From contig CAYLLA010000002.1 in the NCBI GenBank assembly GCA_964384555.1, forward strand, positions 1,659 through 65,658: a stretch of DNA of 64,000 nucleotides. Direction: 5' to 3'. Source of the DNA: an uncultured Ruminococcus sp. (GTDB lineage: Bacteria > Bacillota > Clostridia > Oscillospirales > CAG-272). The notes under the pieces are model-generated. The model saw only the letters and a program-made list of their open reading frames with translations. It was not told the origin of the DNA and did not search any database. The position numbers and the translations under genes are program-made. Below, piece after piece: positions 19,260 through 29,002 of the stretch. Every line of letters starts with the position of its first letter. The first letter of the stretch is position 1.

Positions 19260-19811
19260 ATGAAAGCAACAGGAATAGTTAGGAGGATCGACGACCTCGG
19301 TCGTGTAGTCATCCCCAAAGAGATAAGGCGCACCATGCGGATACGCGAGGGTGACCCGCTTGAGATATACACCGACAGGGACGGCGAGGTGATATTTAAA
19401 AAGTATTCACCGATAGGCGAGCTTAATGCGTTTGCGGCGCAATATGCCGACACTCTGCACAAGATCGGCGAGCTGGCGGTCATCATATGCGACCGTGATG
19501 CCATCATTGCCGCGGCGGGAATACCGCGGCGCGACCATGCAGAAAAACAGCTCTCCGAGGAGCTGGACGGAATGATCGATTCCCGCACGCTTTACGTGTG
19601 GCGGGAGGGCGAGCCGCGCCTCTCGCCCATGCGGGACAGCACGGGATATTATATCAGCTGTGCCATGCCAATAATCAGTGATGGTGATCTTGTGGGCTGT
19701 GTGGCCTCTGTGCTGCCCGCAGAGGCTCAAAGAGGCAGCGCGCCCATAGATGCCGAGGCGAAGCTTATCGAGACTGCGGCGGGCTTTCTCGGCCGTCAGC
19801 TTGAAGCTTAA
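19260..19811 (+). CDS. spoVT: Stage V sporulation protein T (AbrB-family regulator)
   Basis: MKATGIVRRIDDLGRVVIPKEIRRTMRIREGDPLEIY SpoVT/AbrB swapped-hairpin N-terminus plus a GAF-like C-terminus. Confidence 0.92.
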   Translation: MKATGIVRRIDDLGRVVIPKEIRRTMRIREGDPLEIYTDRDGEVIFKKYSPIGELNAFAAQYADTLHKIGELAVIICDRDAIIAAAGIPRRDHAEKQLSEELDGMIDSRTLYVWREGEPRLSPMRDSTGYYISCAMPIISDGDLVGCVASVLPAEAQRGSAPIDAEAKLIETAAGFLGRQLEA

Positions 19812-19829
19812 GCTGTCAAACACAATAAA

Positions 19830-19872
19830 AGCACCGACCGTCGGGCAATAGCCCGACGGTCGGTGCTTGGTT
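19830..19872. terminator. Bidirectional terminator between spoVT and murA
   Basis: 17-bp stem agcaccgaccgtcgggc / gcccgacggtcggtgct, loop aata, with A-rich and T-rich flanks. Confidence 0.9.
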
Positions 19873-19891
19873 TATAATAATTGATATCTGA

Positions 19892-21181
19892 TCAGTTGGC
19901 TTTTTCCATTGCAGGATCGGGGATGCTCAGCATGGAGATGTCCGCGCCGACTCCGCGCAGCTTGCCGACTATGTTATCATAGCCGCGCTCTATATATTCG
20001 ATGTGGGATATCTCTGTTCTGCCCTCGGCGGCAAGGCCCGCTATAACGAGCGCCGCACCGCCGCGCAGGTCGGGAGCGTTCACGGGTGCACCGGTGAGCC
20101 TGTCTTTGCCCACTATCGTTGCATTGCGACCGTCAACAGATATATCGGCATTCATTTTTGCAAGCTCATCAACATATTTAAATCTGCTTTCAAATACGCC
20201 CTCGGTGATTATCGAGGTACCCTCCGCCATTGCAAGCAGTGCGCTGAACTGCGGGTGCATATCGGTGGGGAAGCCGGGGTAAAAATAGGTCTTTATATTC
20301 GCATGGCGCAAAGCACCCATGCGGCTGACTACAATGCTGTCGTCACATTCGTCTACCGAAACGCCCATCTCCTGCAGTTTTGCCGTCACCGTTTCCATAT
20401 GCTTGGGAATGACCCCGCGCAGTGTCACGCGTCCGCCGGCGGCTGCCGCGGCGACCATGTATGTGCCGGCCTCTATCATGTCTGGCACGATCGTATAGTT
20501 ACAGCCGTGCAGGCGTTCCACACCCTGTATTTTTATAAATGATGTGCCCGCGCCGGATATGCGAGCGCCGCACATGTTAAGGAAGTTTGCGAGGTCAACT
20601 ATATGCGGCTCGCGCGCGGCGTTGTCGATGGAGGTCTTGCCGGGCGTGGTAACGGCGGCAAGAATGACGTTTATGGTAGCCCCAACACTTGCAATATCAA
20701 AGTATACCGATGCACCGCAAAGCCCGCTCGGCGCGGCCTTAACGTGGTTACAGCCGCCATCTATCGTCATTGTGGCGCCAAGTGCCTCAAAGCCCTTTTT
20801 GTGCTGATCGATGGGGCGGGTGCCAAAGTCGCATCCGCCGGAAAAACCAACGCGCGCCTCGCCAAAACGGCCAAGCTCTGCACCAAGGAGATATGTTGAA
20901 CCGCGAAGCTTGGATACAAGCTCTACCGGGGATGTGCCGCCCACAAGGTGGGTGGTATCTATCTCTACCGTAGTTCTGTTGAGCATCTTGACCGACGCGC
21001 CCATAGCGCCGAGTATGCGCAGGGAGATGGCAACATCGCTGACCTCGGGCAGGTTTTCAATAACACAGCGATCCTTGGTCAGTATGCTTGCAAAAATTAT
21101 CGGCAGAGCGGCGTTTTTCATTCCGCTGACCGTTATGTCACCAAAAAGGGGACGTCCCCCATTGATAATGATCTTGTTCAT
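19892..21181 (-). CDS. murA: UDP-N-acetylglucosamine 1-carboxyvinyltransferase
   Basis: MNKIIINGGRPLFGDITVSGMKNAALPII start and full-length MurA similarity. The listed ORF start at 21325 is an upstream extension. Confidence 0.93.
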   Translation of the reverse strand: MNKIIINGGRPLFGDITVSGMKNAALPIIFASILTKDRCVIENLPEVSDVAISLRILGAMGASVKMLNRTTVEIDTTHLVGGTSPVELVSKLRGSTYLLGAELGRFGEARVGFSGGCDFGTRPIDQHKKGFEALGATMTIDGGCNHVKAAPSGLCGASVYFDIASVGATINVILAAVTTPGKTSIDNAAREPHIVDLANFLNMCGARISGAGTSFIKIQGVERLHGCNYTIVPDMIEAGTYMVAAAAAGGRVTLRGVIPKHMETVTAKLQEMGVSVDECDDSIVVSRMGALRHANIKTYFYPGFPTDMHPQFSALLAMAEGTSIITEGVFESRFKYVDELAKMNADISVDGRNATIVGKDRLTGAPVNAPDLRGGAALVIAGLAAEGRTEISHIEYIERGYDNIVGKLRGVGADISMLSIPDPAMEKAN

Positions 21182-21535
21182 GTTGATGCCTTTCTGAAAA
21201 TAAAAGGTAATGCCGCACCGCCGCCGCGGCGCGTGTCGGATGGCCCGATACAGCGTGGCAGGCACGGCGGCATCGAGCGGGCGTATGTTTGCTTTTCGAT
21301 ATATAGTATGGCTCTCTCGGAGCACAGTAATTCTATTCTATTTAATTATACCATATATTAAGAAAAAAGAAAAGAGGGGGAAAGAAAAAAATCTCAAATA
21401 TCTTTTAAAAAGATAAAATAATTTTCCCTCCCGCTCTTACTTTTCGTCAGATCGGGTGACTGTCTATCAACAAAAGGCGTGCAGTGCCATTAATTGAAAA
21501 AATGTAATAAATAGCCACACCTGCCCATTTGCATA

Positions 21536-22801
21536 TTATTCACCGCGGCGGTAATATGCCACACAAAGATCCACCACCAAACCGTAACTGCGCGAGCCTA
21601 CCGTCCCCTGCATCTGCAGGTAGGTGTTGTTTACCGTTTCGGATACCGTTGCGGCGGGATTTTCGCGGTACTTATCAAAAAATCTTGAGTATGCGGTCAT
21701 CTCCTCGCGCACGTGCTTATCGAGCGACGAGTACACCGCGCTGTAGTAGCTCTTGTTGGCGGAGTAAAGGGAGGATGCTACATATTCGTAGACCTCAAGA
21801 TATCCGCTGTAGCGGATGTAAGGATCATCGGATGCCGTACAGACCAAAAAGGCAACAAAGTTGGCCTCATCCTCGCGCGCTATACCGCGCTGATGCGCCA
21901 TCTCGTGCGCCGCGGTGTAGGGAATGGTGTAATCGGGAAAGTTAACGTTTATATTGGCCTCGCCGGTAAAATAGGTGTAAACGCCGGAAATGTGAGTGTA
22001 CGTCCATGGCTCGCTCAGCATCACGGGCTTGACGCGCGAGGTAAGCCGCGGGATAAAATCATATTTATCGCAAACGCTGTCATAGGCCGAAACAAGGCGG
22101 CGGCTCAGCTCGTCATAGCTGTAGGGCATAACAGATCGATCCGTTACGCAAAAGCTTACGTTTTTCGCCTCCTCGTTTACATGTGCGGCAAGTATAGCTG
22201 CCGTCATGTAAAGCTCCTCCGGGGAAACATCCGAGCGGTCAAGCCCCAGCTTCTTATCTATCGTACTGCCAAAGTAGCCTGTGCCAAAGCCCCAAATAAA
22301 TGTGGTAAAGAGCAATGATACCACCGATATCAGCGAGCCGAGGTATATAAATACCGAGCGCCAGCTGTCGGCATAGCGGCGGCAGGCAAGCACCACCATA
22401 AAGACCGCGCCGATCGGCAAAAAGATAACAAGTGCCTCGCCGAGTGAAAAGGGGAGAATGGCAGTCAGGTGAGCAAGCGCCCCGCGCACCACCGCGCCGA
22501 TGTAGCGGTTAAAAAAGTCGGCAAATGCGGGGGAGAGGCGCGCGACTATATAGATCACGAGAGAGACCGCCGCCAGCGCGTAAAGAACTATCGCAAAGCG
22601 GGGCAAGCGGCGCGGTGCGGGCTTGCCTGCGGTGGTGGATTCGGGTGTACCCTCTCCCCCTGCCTCAGCGGTGTCGGGTGTAAGATCCGGTGTGAGACCG
22701 CTCGTTGTTTCCGATGGTGTCGAATCAGCCGCGGAGGGCGTCGGTGTATTTTTATTATCGATATCCTTGATATTTTCGTTTTGGGCGGAGTTTTGCATCA
22801 T
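21536..22801 (-). CDS. DUF3810-like membrane metalloprotease-like protein
   Basis: Thr/Pro-rich N-terminus, TM segments, and an AAHEMAHQRG HExxH motif. Confidence 0.6.
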   Translation of the reverse strand: MMQNSAQNENIKDIDNKNTPTPSAADSTPSETTSGLTPDLTPDTAEAGGEGTPESTTAGKPAPRRLPRFAIVLYALAAVSLVIYIVARLSPAFADFFNRYIGAVVRGALAHLTAILPFSLGEALVIFLPIGAVFMVVLACRRYADSWRSVFIYLGSLISVVSLLFTTFIWGFGTGYFGSTIDKKLGLDRSDVSPEELYMTAAILAAHVNEEAKNVSFCVTDRSVMPYSYDELSRRLVSAYDSVCDKYDFIPRLTSRVKPVMLSEPWTYTHISGVYTYFTGEANINVNFPDYTIPYTAAHEMAHQRGIAREDEANFVAFLVCTASDDPYIRYSGYLEVYEYVASSLYSANKSYYSAVYSSLDKHVREEMTAYSRFFDKYRENPAATVSETVNNTYLQMQGTVGSRSYGLVVDLCVAYYRRGE

Positions 22802-22824
22802 TTAAGCCACGCTCCTTTTGATTT

Positions 22825-23730
22825 TTAAAATTTTTCGTTTATGATCTTCAGCATATCGGCGGGCAGAGGGGCTGACATTCGCAGCAGCTGTCCGCTCGTG
22901 GGGTGGGTAAATTCAAGCCGTGCCGCATGCAGTGCATGGCGGGAGATCACCTCGGGGCATTCCTCGCCGTAAAGAAAATCGCCAAGCAGTGGGGTGCCTA
23001 TGTGCGCCATATGCACGCGTATCTGGTGCGTGCGGCCGGTCCTTGGCTCAAGGGCGACCAGGGCAAGACGGCCGTCCTGCGAGTGGCGCATGGTGCGGTA
23101 ATCGGTGACGGAGGGCGAGCCGTCCTCTCTTACCGTGCGCATGAGTATGCCCTCCTCGGCTCTTGCTATCGGTGCATCTATCCTGCCCGCGGCGGGGGAT
23201 GGAACGCCGCAGGTGATGGCGGTGTAGGCTTTTTTTATCCTGCCGGCCCTCATATCTTCAAAAAGACGGCTTGAGGCAAACCGATTCTTGGCAAGCAGTA
23301 CAAGGCCGCTGGTGTTGCGGTCAAGGCGGTTGGCAGGGCGAAAGACAAAAGGCTCTCCCCGCTTTTGTGCGCGGTAGGCAAGGGCATTGGCAAGTGTATC
23401 GTCAAGGTGACCGTGCGTTGGGTGGGTCGGCATGCCCGCGGGCTTATCTGCAACTATTATATCGTCATCCTCAAAAACTATCGCCAGCGGCAGCTTTTTG
23501 GGGATTATCTCGGATGTGCCCGTCTCCGGCTTGTCCGCCGTATCAAGCCGCAGTATATCTCCCTCGCTGAGCTTGTATCTTACCGTCACCCGCTCGCCGT
23601 TTACCGTGATCCCTGTCGGTGAATTTTTAAGCAGTGTCAGCGTGCCTGTGGATATATGCATGCGGCGGCGAAGGATATCAAATACCGTAGCACCGTCAAG
23701 CTCGCGTGTTATCTTTATCTCCATTGTCAT
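22825..23730 (-). CDS. RluA-family 23S rRNA pseudouridine synthase
   Basis: S4-like N-terminus, catalytic ANRLDRNTSGLVLLAK, and GRTHQIRVH. Confidence 0.88.
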   Translation of the reverse strand: MTMEIKITRELDGATVFDILRRRMHISTGTLTLLKNSPTGITVNGERVTVRYKLSEGDILRLDTADKPETGTSEIIPKKLPLAIVFEDDDIIVADKPAGMPTHPTHGHLDDTLANALAYRAQKRGEPFVFRPANRLDRNTSGLVLLAKNRFASSRLFEDMRAGRIKKAYTAITCGVPSPAAGRIDAPIARAEEGILMRTVREDGSPSVTDYRTMRHSQDGRLALVALEPRTGRTHQIRVHMAHIGTPLLGDFLYGEECPEVISRHALHAARLEFTHPTSGQLLRMSAPLPADMLKIINEKF

Positions 23731-23947
23731 ACCGTTTTAACCTTTGCATATACATATAATACTCTACCGTATATTATAAATGATGCTTGCGATATTTTCG
23801 TTAATAGAGCTAAAACAAAATGTAATTTTGTGCGCCGCGGGCGGGGGACTGTCATAAAAATATCGCCGCGCGAGTATATTTTACCGTGCGGCGACAGCAT
23901 CAAAGCCAAATGCGGGAAAGGACGCCCTGCGCGGGCGATCGAATGAA

Positions 23948-25306
23948 ATGACAAAGCTGTTATCACTTGCTTTAATGTTTTTTGCAACGGCGGGAACTCT
24001 CCTCTCGCCCACTATGGGAAGTCTCGCAGCGGGTAGCGTGAGCGGAGAGCCGCAGGGCGCGGCCGAGACCGCGGCCGAGACGGTAGAGCCGCTCTCCCCC
24101 GGGCTTTATGTTATCGCCGAGGCGGAACGCATGGTAATGTCGGCAGGCCGCGGGAGGGATGTGGTGTTTGAGGCAGAGGATCTTGAGGCGGCGGCAGGTA
24201 CCTCCGCCATCGAATATATAACGCTCACAAAGCTGCCGTCGCTGTCGGAGGGCTGTCTGCAGATAGGCTCGCTGGCGGTCTCGGAGGGGCAGAGCATCTC
24301 TCGCATAAACCTCTCGCGAATGTCCTTTGTCCCCGCAAGTGCGGATGTGGAGCGGTGCAAGCTGTCTTTTAGTGTCAACGGCGCGGCGCACAGCTATACC
24401 TGCACCATGAATTTCAGCGATGAAAAAAACACCACCCCCACGCTTGGCGAGGTCGGTGCGGCGGCGCTTACAAATGCCACATATTCGGGAATGCCGGTCA
24501 TTGGTCGGCTGGCGGCATATGATGCCGATGGCGATGAGCTGTTTTATTCTATATCCGCCACCCCCGCACATGGCAGTGTACTGCTGACGGACAGAACGGC
24601 GGGGCGATATATATACATCCCAACCACCGGCTTTTCGGGGCGGGATAGTTTTTCCTACATTGTGCGAGACAGCCGCGGCGCGCGTGCCGAGGGTGAGGCA
24701 ACGGTGAGCATCAAGATAGACCGCCGTGCGGGGCGCGGCGGCTTTGCGGATATGAGCGGCAGTGTGTATGAGAGCACCGCAATGCGCATCTGTGAGGGCG
24801 GCATCATGGATGCCAAGGAGATAGGCGGCAGTTTGCAGTTTGAACCTCAGGCGGCGGTCAGCCGAGCCGATTTTATCGTTATGGCAATGACGGCTGCGGG
24901 GATAGGCGATCTGCCGCAGTGTGCGGCAACCGTATTTGCGGACGATGATGATATTCCCGCCGCTGCGCGTTCGTATATCGATGCAGCCTATAAGCTCGGC
25001 ATCTGCCAAGGGTGGATAAGGGACGGACGGCAGTGTTTTTTGCCGAATGAGCAGATAAGCGTAGCAGAGGCGGCGGTCATATCCGCGCGTATATTGGGGA
25101 TAGAGCCGGATGCCGCCGCATCTGTGTGGTGCGCGGCCGGGGCGGGTGCGCCGTCATGGGCGGCCGAATGCTTTGGCAAAATGAGTGCGGTCGGGCTTAT
25201 TGGTGCCGGTCTTGCCGACTCGGCACGTGCAAAGCTCGACCGCCTCGGTTGCGCCGAATTGCTTGCCGCGCTCATGCGCATGCATGCCGACTCGGCGAAA
25301 GGGTAG
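23948..25306 (+). CDS. Secreted protein with a cadherin/Ig-like domain and SLH-like C-terminal repeats
   Basis: Signal peptide; YDADGDELFYSISATPAHGSVLL...FSGRDSFSYIVRD; C-terminal FADM...AVSRADFIVM segments. Confidence 0.55.
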   Translation: MTKLLSLALMFFATAGTLLSPTMGSLAAGSVSGEPQGAAETAAETVEPLSPGLYVIAEAERMVMSAGRGRDVVFEAEDLEAAAGTSAIEYITLTKLPSLSEGCLQIGSLAVSEGQSISRINLSRMSFVPASADVERCKLSFSVNGAAHSYTCTMNFSDEKNTTPTLGEVGAAALTNATYSGMPVIGRLAAYDADGDELFYSISATPAHGSVLLTDRTAGRYIYIPTTGFSGRDSFSYIVRDSRGARAEGEATVSIKIDRRAGRGGFADMSGSVYESTAMRICEGGIMDAKEIGGSLQFEPQAAVSRADFIVMAMTAAGIGDLPQCAATVFADDDDIPAAARSYIDAAYKLGICQGWIRDGRQCFLPNEQISVAEAAVISARILGIEPDAAASVWCAAGAGAPSWAAECFGKMSAVGLIGAGLADSARAKLDRLGCAELLAALMRMHADSAKG

Positions 25307-25318
25307 ATCGATTTGCTG

Positions 25319-26251
25319 TTAATTGCGAGAATTTGTTTCTTCCCGTCTTGTTTCAAATCGTCCCACACGGCACACCACATCCGCAAAGCCTGTATGGGTA
25401 ATACCCAGCAGAGAATCCATCTCAGCGGCGGCATTTTTGTACCGACCGGGCGAAAAGTGGGTTACGACGTAATCCGCCTCTTTGATATTCCCCGCCGCCT
25501 TTAGACAGAAGCTTCTAACGGGAGCGGAAATGGCAAACACCCAGATCGGAGAACAGATCGTCACATGGTCATACTTTTCTAAATCCACTGTTATCGGTTC
25601 AATAGGCATCTCCCGGCGGTGCATACCGTATCTGCCGCACCACCAGAAGCCCGATGTGCCCTCCGTTCGTTCGGTGGATCTGATCTCATAGACCTCTGCA
25701 CCCGTCCGGTTTGCTGTTTCATAAGCGACCTTTTTCACATAGCCCATGCGAGAAAAAAAGACCACCAGCCGGTTCGGATCAGTGCCGATGTTGGGGTAGT
25801 CGGACTCGTTCACCGTGAAGACCTCTTGCTTTCCGAATACCCACGCCGCATAGCCCGTGACTGTTTGGGAAAGGCCAAAGATGAAGTAGGCGGTGGACAG
25901 GACATTAACCGGGAACATATAAAACTGAATACAGATCCACAGCATCAGCGTCATGCCGAAGACGCCGCCCAGCACCACGCCGGACTTTTTCTTTGCCAGC
26001 AGCAGCCCGGCCGCCGTCAGGTTGGTCAGCCCATTGACGATAAGCAGGGCGATACCCGAAAATGTATAGTCAACGAACAATATGTCGGCAAACGGCAGTT
26101 TTTTGAAATACGGCAGCATCGCATCCATGTGCAAAAGCTTGCCCGAGGGGGCGATCAGCATACACACTGCACCCCATACTGCGCCGATGCCGACAAACAG
26201 CGTCCAGAAAATCAGCCATTTACGTGCTGTGTTGAATCTTGATCTTTTCAT
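25319..26251 (-). CDS. Membrane-anchored flavodoxin-like protein
   Basis: Four TM segments followed by LVVFFSRMGYVKKVA...ICSPIWVF, a flavodoxin-like fold. Confidence 0.5.
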   Translation of the reverse strand: MKRSRFNTARKWLIFWTLFVGIGAVWGAVCMLIAPSGKLLHMDAMLPYFKKLPFADILFVDYTFSGIALLIVNGLTNLTAAGLLLAKKKSGVVLGGVFGMTLMLWICIQFYMFPVNVLSTAYFIFGLSQTVTGYAAWVFGKQEVFTVNESDYPNIGTDPNRLVVFFSRMGYVKKVAYETANRTGAEVYEIRSTERTEGTSGFWWCGRYGMHRREMPIEPITVDLEKYDHVTICSPIWVFAISAPVRSFCLKAAGNIKEADYVVTHFSPGRYKNAAAEMDSLLGITHTGFADVVCRVGRFETRREETNSRN

Positions 26252-26257
26252 TAATAT

Positions 26258-26863
26258 TCACGCTTTTTCTTTTATCCAGCTATCTAAAAACTTCATTTGC
26301 TCCGCTGTGTGGAACCAGTGCTCGCCGTTTTCCATAACGGTCAGGCTTGCTCTATGGTCGTTGGCAAAGGCAGTGATTGTTTCTAAACCGGTCAAATTGT
26401 CCCGCCCGCCATAAAGAATTTCGGTAGGTACAGCCCACTGGATCGGGTGATTGCGGACCCAACAAAGATATTCCCACGACAGCGTTTCGCCAAAAGCCGT
26501 TTCTATGATTCCCTTTTCCCGCAACTCGTCCTCGGACACATTTGCCCAATTCATCATGTTGCCGATCAGCTTTTCCATATTGACGATAGGGGAAATGAAA
26601 TACGCCTTTGCGATCTTCTCCTGCGGCAAAGCGCACATGGAGAAATATGCGCCGATGCTGTTGGCGATCAAAATCACACGGCTGTATTTGATGGAAAGTG
26701 TTTCAAAGGCGATCGGAAATTCCGCTTTTGCCTCCCACGGCGTTTCGGCACTGTAGTCAAGGCCAACTACATCGCAATGGGGGAAAAGGGGGTTATAATG
26801 CGCGGCTTCCTCAGCCTTGCCGCCCTTGCCGTGTATGTATAAAACCAAAGTGTTGTTCTTCAT
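26258..26863 (-). CDS. Alpha/beta hydrolase
   Basis: LVLYIHGKGG, nucleophile elbow LIANSIGAY, C-terminal His (GEHWF). Confidence 0.6.
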   Translation of the reverse strand: MKNNTLVLYIHGKGGKAEEAAHYNPLFPHCDVVGLDYSAETPWEAKAEFPIAFETLSIKYSRVILIANSIGAYFSMCALPQEKIAKAYFISPIVNMEKLIGNMMNWANVSEDELREKGIIETAFGETLSWEYLCWVRNHPIQWAVPTEILYGGRDNLTGLETITAFANDHRASLTVMENGEHWFHTAEQMKFLDSWIKEKA

Positions 26864-27061
26864 CTCATTTGTTCCTCAACCCGAGAATATACAAGTTCGG
26901 TCAACCGCATTAAGTGCTCAGGTCACACTCTCCTGCTTTGCCATAGCGGAAACGATGATTTCCGTTCGCTCGTTGCAGGCTTGCTCGATCTCCGCAAGAT
27001 GTTCGGATATCGTCCACTCTACAAAATAATTGGTATAGCTGATCTATTATCCGCTTGCGGC

Positions 27062-28288
27062 TTAAAGCTCCTCTCGGTGGAGCTTTGAGCCGCCTTTTCT
27101 TATCGCCGCCTGCAGGGCGGCGGTCATTGAGTCATCTATCACCGCAAGATCATCAAACATTGCGGCCGCAGTACCTGCCGCCTCGCCTGTTACGGCGCAG
27201 GGCGGGATAACGCGTGTTATGTCCCACATCCGCTCGGTGACCGAAATATCGCGCCCCGCCGCCAAAAGATTGCGGCATCCGCGCGCAACTATGCAACCAA
27301 ACGGCAGCTCGTATATCGGTCCGCGCGTGCGCCAGCTGCTGATAAGACCAATGCTGTCCTCGGCGCGTTCCTCGCAAAGGTCGGCCGTGGCGTGACCGCA
27401 TATGCGGCGGGTCATTCTAAGCTGTGGTATCGTTGCCAAAACATCCGGCAGATATGAGGGATCGGATGCGTGCTTTTTTGCCCAATCGCGATATGTCGCA
27501 TCATGCGACATCTGCACCATCTCGCTTATCTCATAGCCGTCAAGACCGCTAAAGCGGCGCTCGGATAAAAGCTTTGGCTGTTTTTTGCCGGCGGCCAGCT
27601 GCTCGTCGGTTATCTCCGCGCCGCCGTACATCAGGCATCGGCGCTCGTGGGAATTTATAAAATAGTACCAGCCGGTCAGAGTATTGCCGCGTGAGTAAAC
27701 GGCAGTCTCGGCCCCACACATTGCGGCAATGGCGGCATCTCCCGTGGCATCTATCACATTGCCGCTCACTCGTATTGCCGAGCGACCGCCGCGGTTTTCA
27801 ACTATCAGTGCCTCTATCCTGCCTCTGTTCACTGCCACCGAGCATACCGATGTGCCGTAAAGGATGCGCACTCCCGCCTCTGTCAGCAGGCGCTCTGCCT
27901 CAAGCATAAACAGCGGGCCGTTGTATCCTGCCTTAAAGCGAGTTTTCTTTCGTTCTTCATCCGTACCGCCGTCAAGCCATGGGTCGGGTCTTGCGCATTC
28001 ACAGCCGTGCTTTATCGCCAAGTGCAAAAGCTCCTCGCCAATGCCGTATACAACCTGCCGCCCGCATCCGTCGCAGATGGGCAGATAGTAGGTCACAAGC
28101 CCAAGGGTCGCAAGTCCGCCAAGCGCAAATTCACGCTCTATCAGCAAAACGTCACGTCCGCCGCGAGCCGCCGCAAGAGCCGCGGCTATGCCGGCGATGC
28201 CTCCACCGCATACGGCTACGGCGCAGCTCTCCCGCACTTCGGTGTTCAGTGTCTCCGTGATATGCTCACGTCGTTCAATGTTATCCAT
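27062..28288 (-). CDS. FAD-dependent oxidoreductase
   Basis: VAVCGGGIAGIAAALAAARGG dinucleotide-binding motif. Confidence 0.7.
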   Translation of the reverse strand: MDNIERREHITETLNTEVRESCAVAVCGGGIAGIAAALAAARGGRDVLLIEREFALGGLATLGLVTYYLPICDGCGRQVVYGIGEELLHLAIKHGCECARPDPWLDGGTDEERKKTRFKAGYNGPLFMLEAERLLTEAGVRILYGTSVCSVAVNRGRIEALIVENRGGRSAIRVSGNVIDATGDAAIAAMCGAETAVYSRGNTLTGWYYFINSHERRCLMYGGAEITDEQLAAGKKQPKLLSERRFSGLDGYEISEMVQMSHDATYRDWAKKHASDPSYLPDVLATIPQLRMTRRICGHATADLCEERAEDSIGLISSWRTRGPIYELPFGCIVARGCRNLLAAGRDISVTERMWDITRVIPPCAVTGEAAGTAAAMFDDLAVIDDSMTAALQAAIRKGGSKLHREEL

Positions 28289-28576
28289 TTGTTATCTAAA
28301 CTCCTGTATTCGCGGCAATGTCCCCGCGGGATCCCCCTTGCCGCTTTGTCCTTTTGATCTTTTTAGATCCTTCTTTGATCGTCATATGATCGATCCTTCG
28401 ATCGATCTGCGAGGGTACATTAAATTATACATTACCCGCCGCCGTTTTGTCAATCACTACCCGCCGCCCGCTGCGCATTTAAGTATTATTCTGCCACAAA
28501 AAGTAGGATTTTTAAAACGCTGCGGCATGTCTGTCCGAAAAAAACCACCGCATCCCAAAAAAATCGCGAAAGGGTA

Positions 28577-28605
28577 TTGCAATCCGGCGCGTTTTTTGAT
28601 ATAAT
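28577..28605 (+). promoter_or_regulatory. Promoter of SRP RNA
   Basis: TTGCAA, 17-nt spacer ending TGa, TATAAT (28600-28605). Confidence 0.6.
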
Positions 28606-28631
28606 ATACAAGAGAAAACTTGTTTCAGGCT

Positions 28632-28930
28632 TCGGCTGTGAAATAAGGCCATACCAGCCGGGGAGTTAGCGGTGCCCTGTACCCGAGATCCGCTAAGCGG
28701 GGGTGCATTCCCCGAACGAGGGCTGATCCGACGCGGTCTGAGACGGTATTTGTGTGTTGAGGAGCGGGTCCTGCGCAATTCGGAGCTGTGAACCATGTCA
28801 GGTGGGGAACCAAGCAGCATTAAGCGGTGATCCGGATGTGCCGCGGGGATGCCTGTTCTGAGCACAGGTATCGAGTAACGCGCGGCGGTGATGTTCGACT
28901 TTGGGGTGTATGGTCTTATTTTGCAGCCGA
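28632..28930 (+). ncRNA. ffs: Signal recognition particle RNA, large Bacillus-type with Alu domain
   Basis: gccggggagttagcggtgccctgtacc (5' domain) and gaaccatgtcaggtggggaaccaagcagcattaag (domain IV) match B. subtilis scRNA as recalled. The ends pair (tcggctg...cagccga). It lies upstream of dnaX as in Bacillus. Ends are approximate. Confidence 0.85.
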
Positions 28931-29002
28931 TTTCTATAGCGGCTTTTTGGGGGACTGCACTGTGCAGTGCCTCGGCGCTTTATCTTTTTGGGAGGCTACA
29001 GT

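Noticed and set aside
23972-25009. 345-aa minus-strand ORF opposite the SLH-like protein gene
   Set aside because: It is Arg-rich, which is typical of antisense translation of GC-rich coding DNA. The plus ORF has a signal peptide and recognisable domains.
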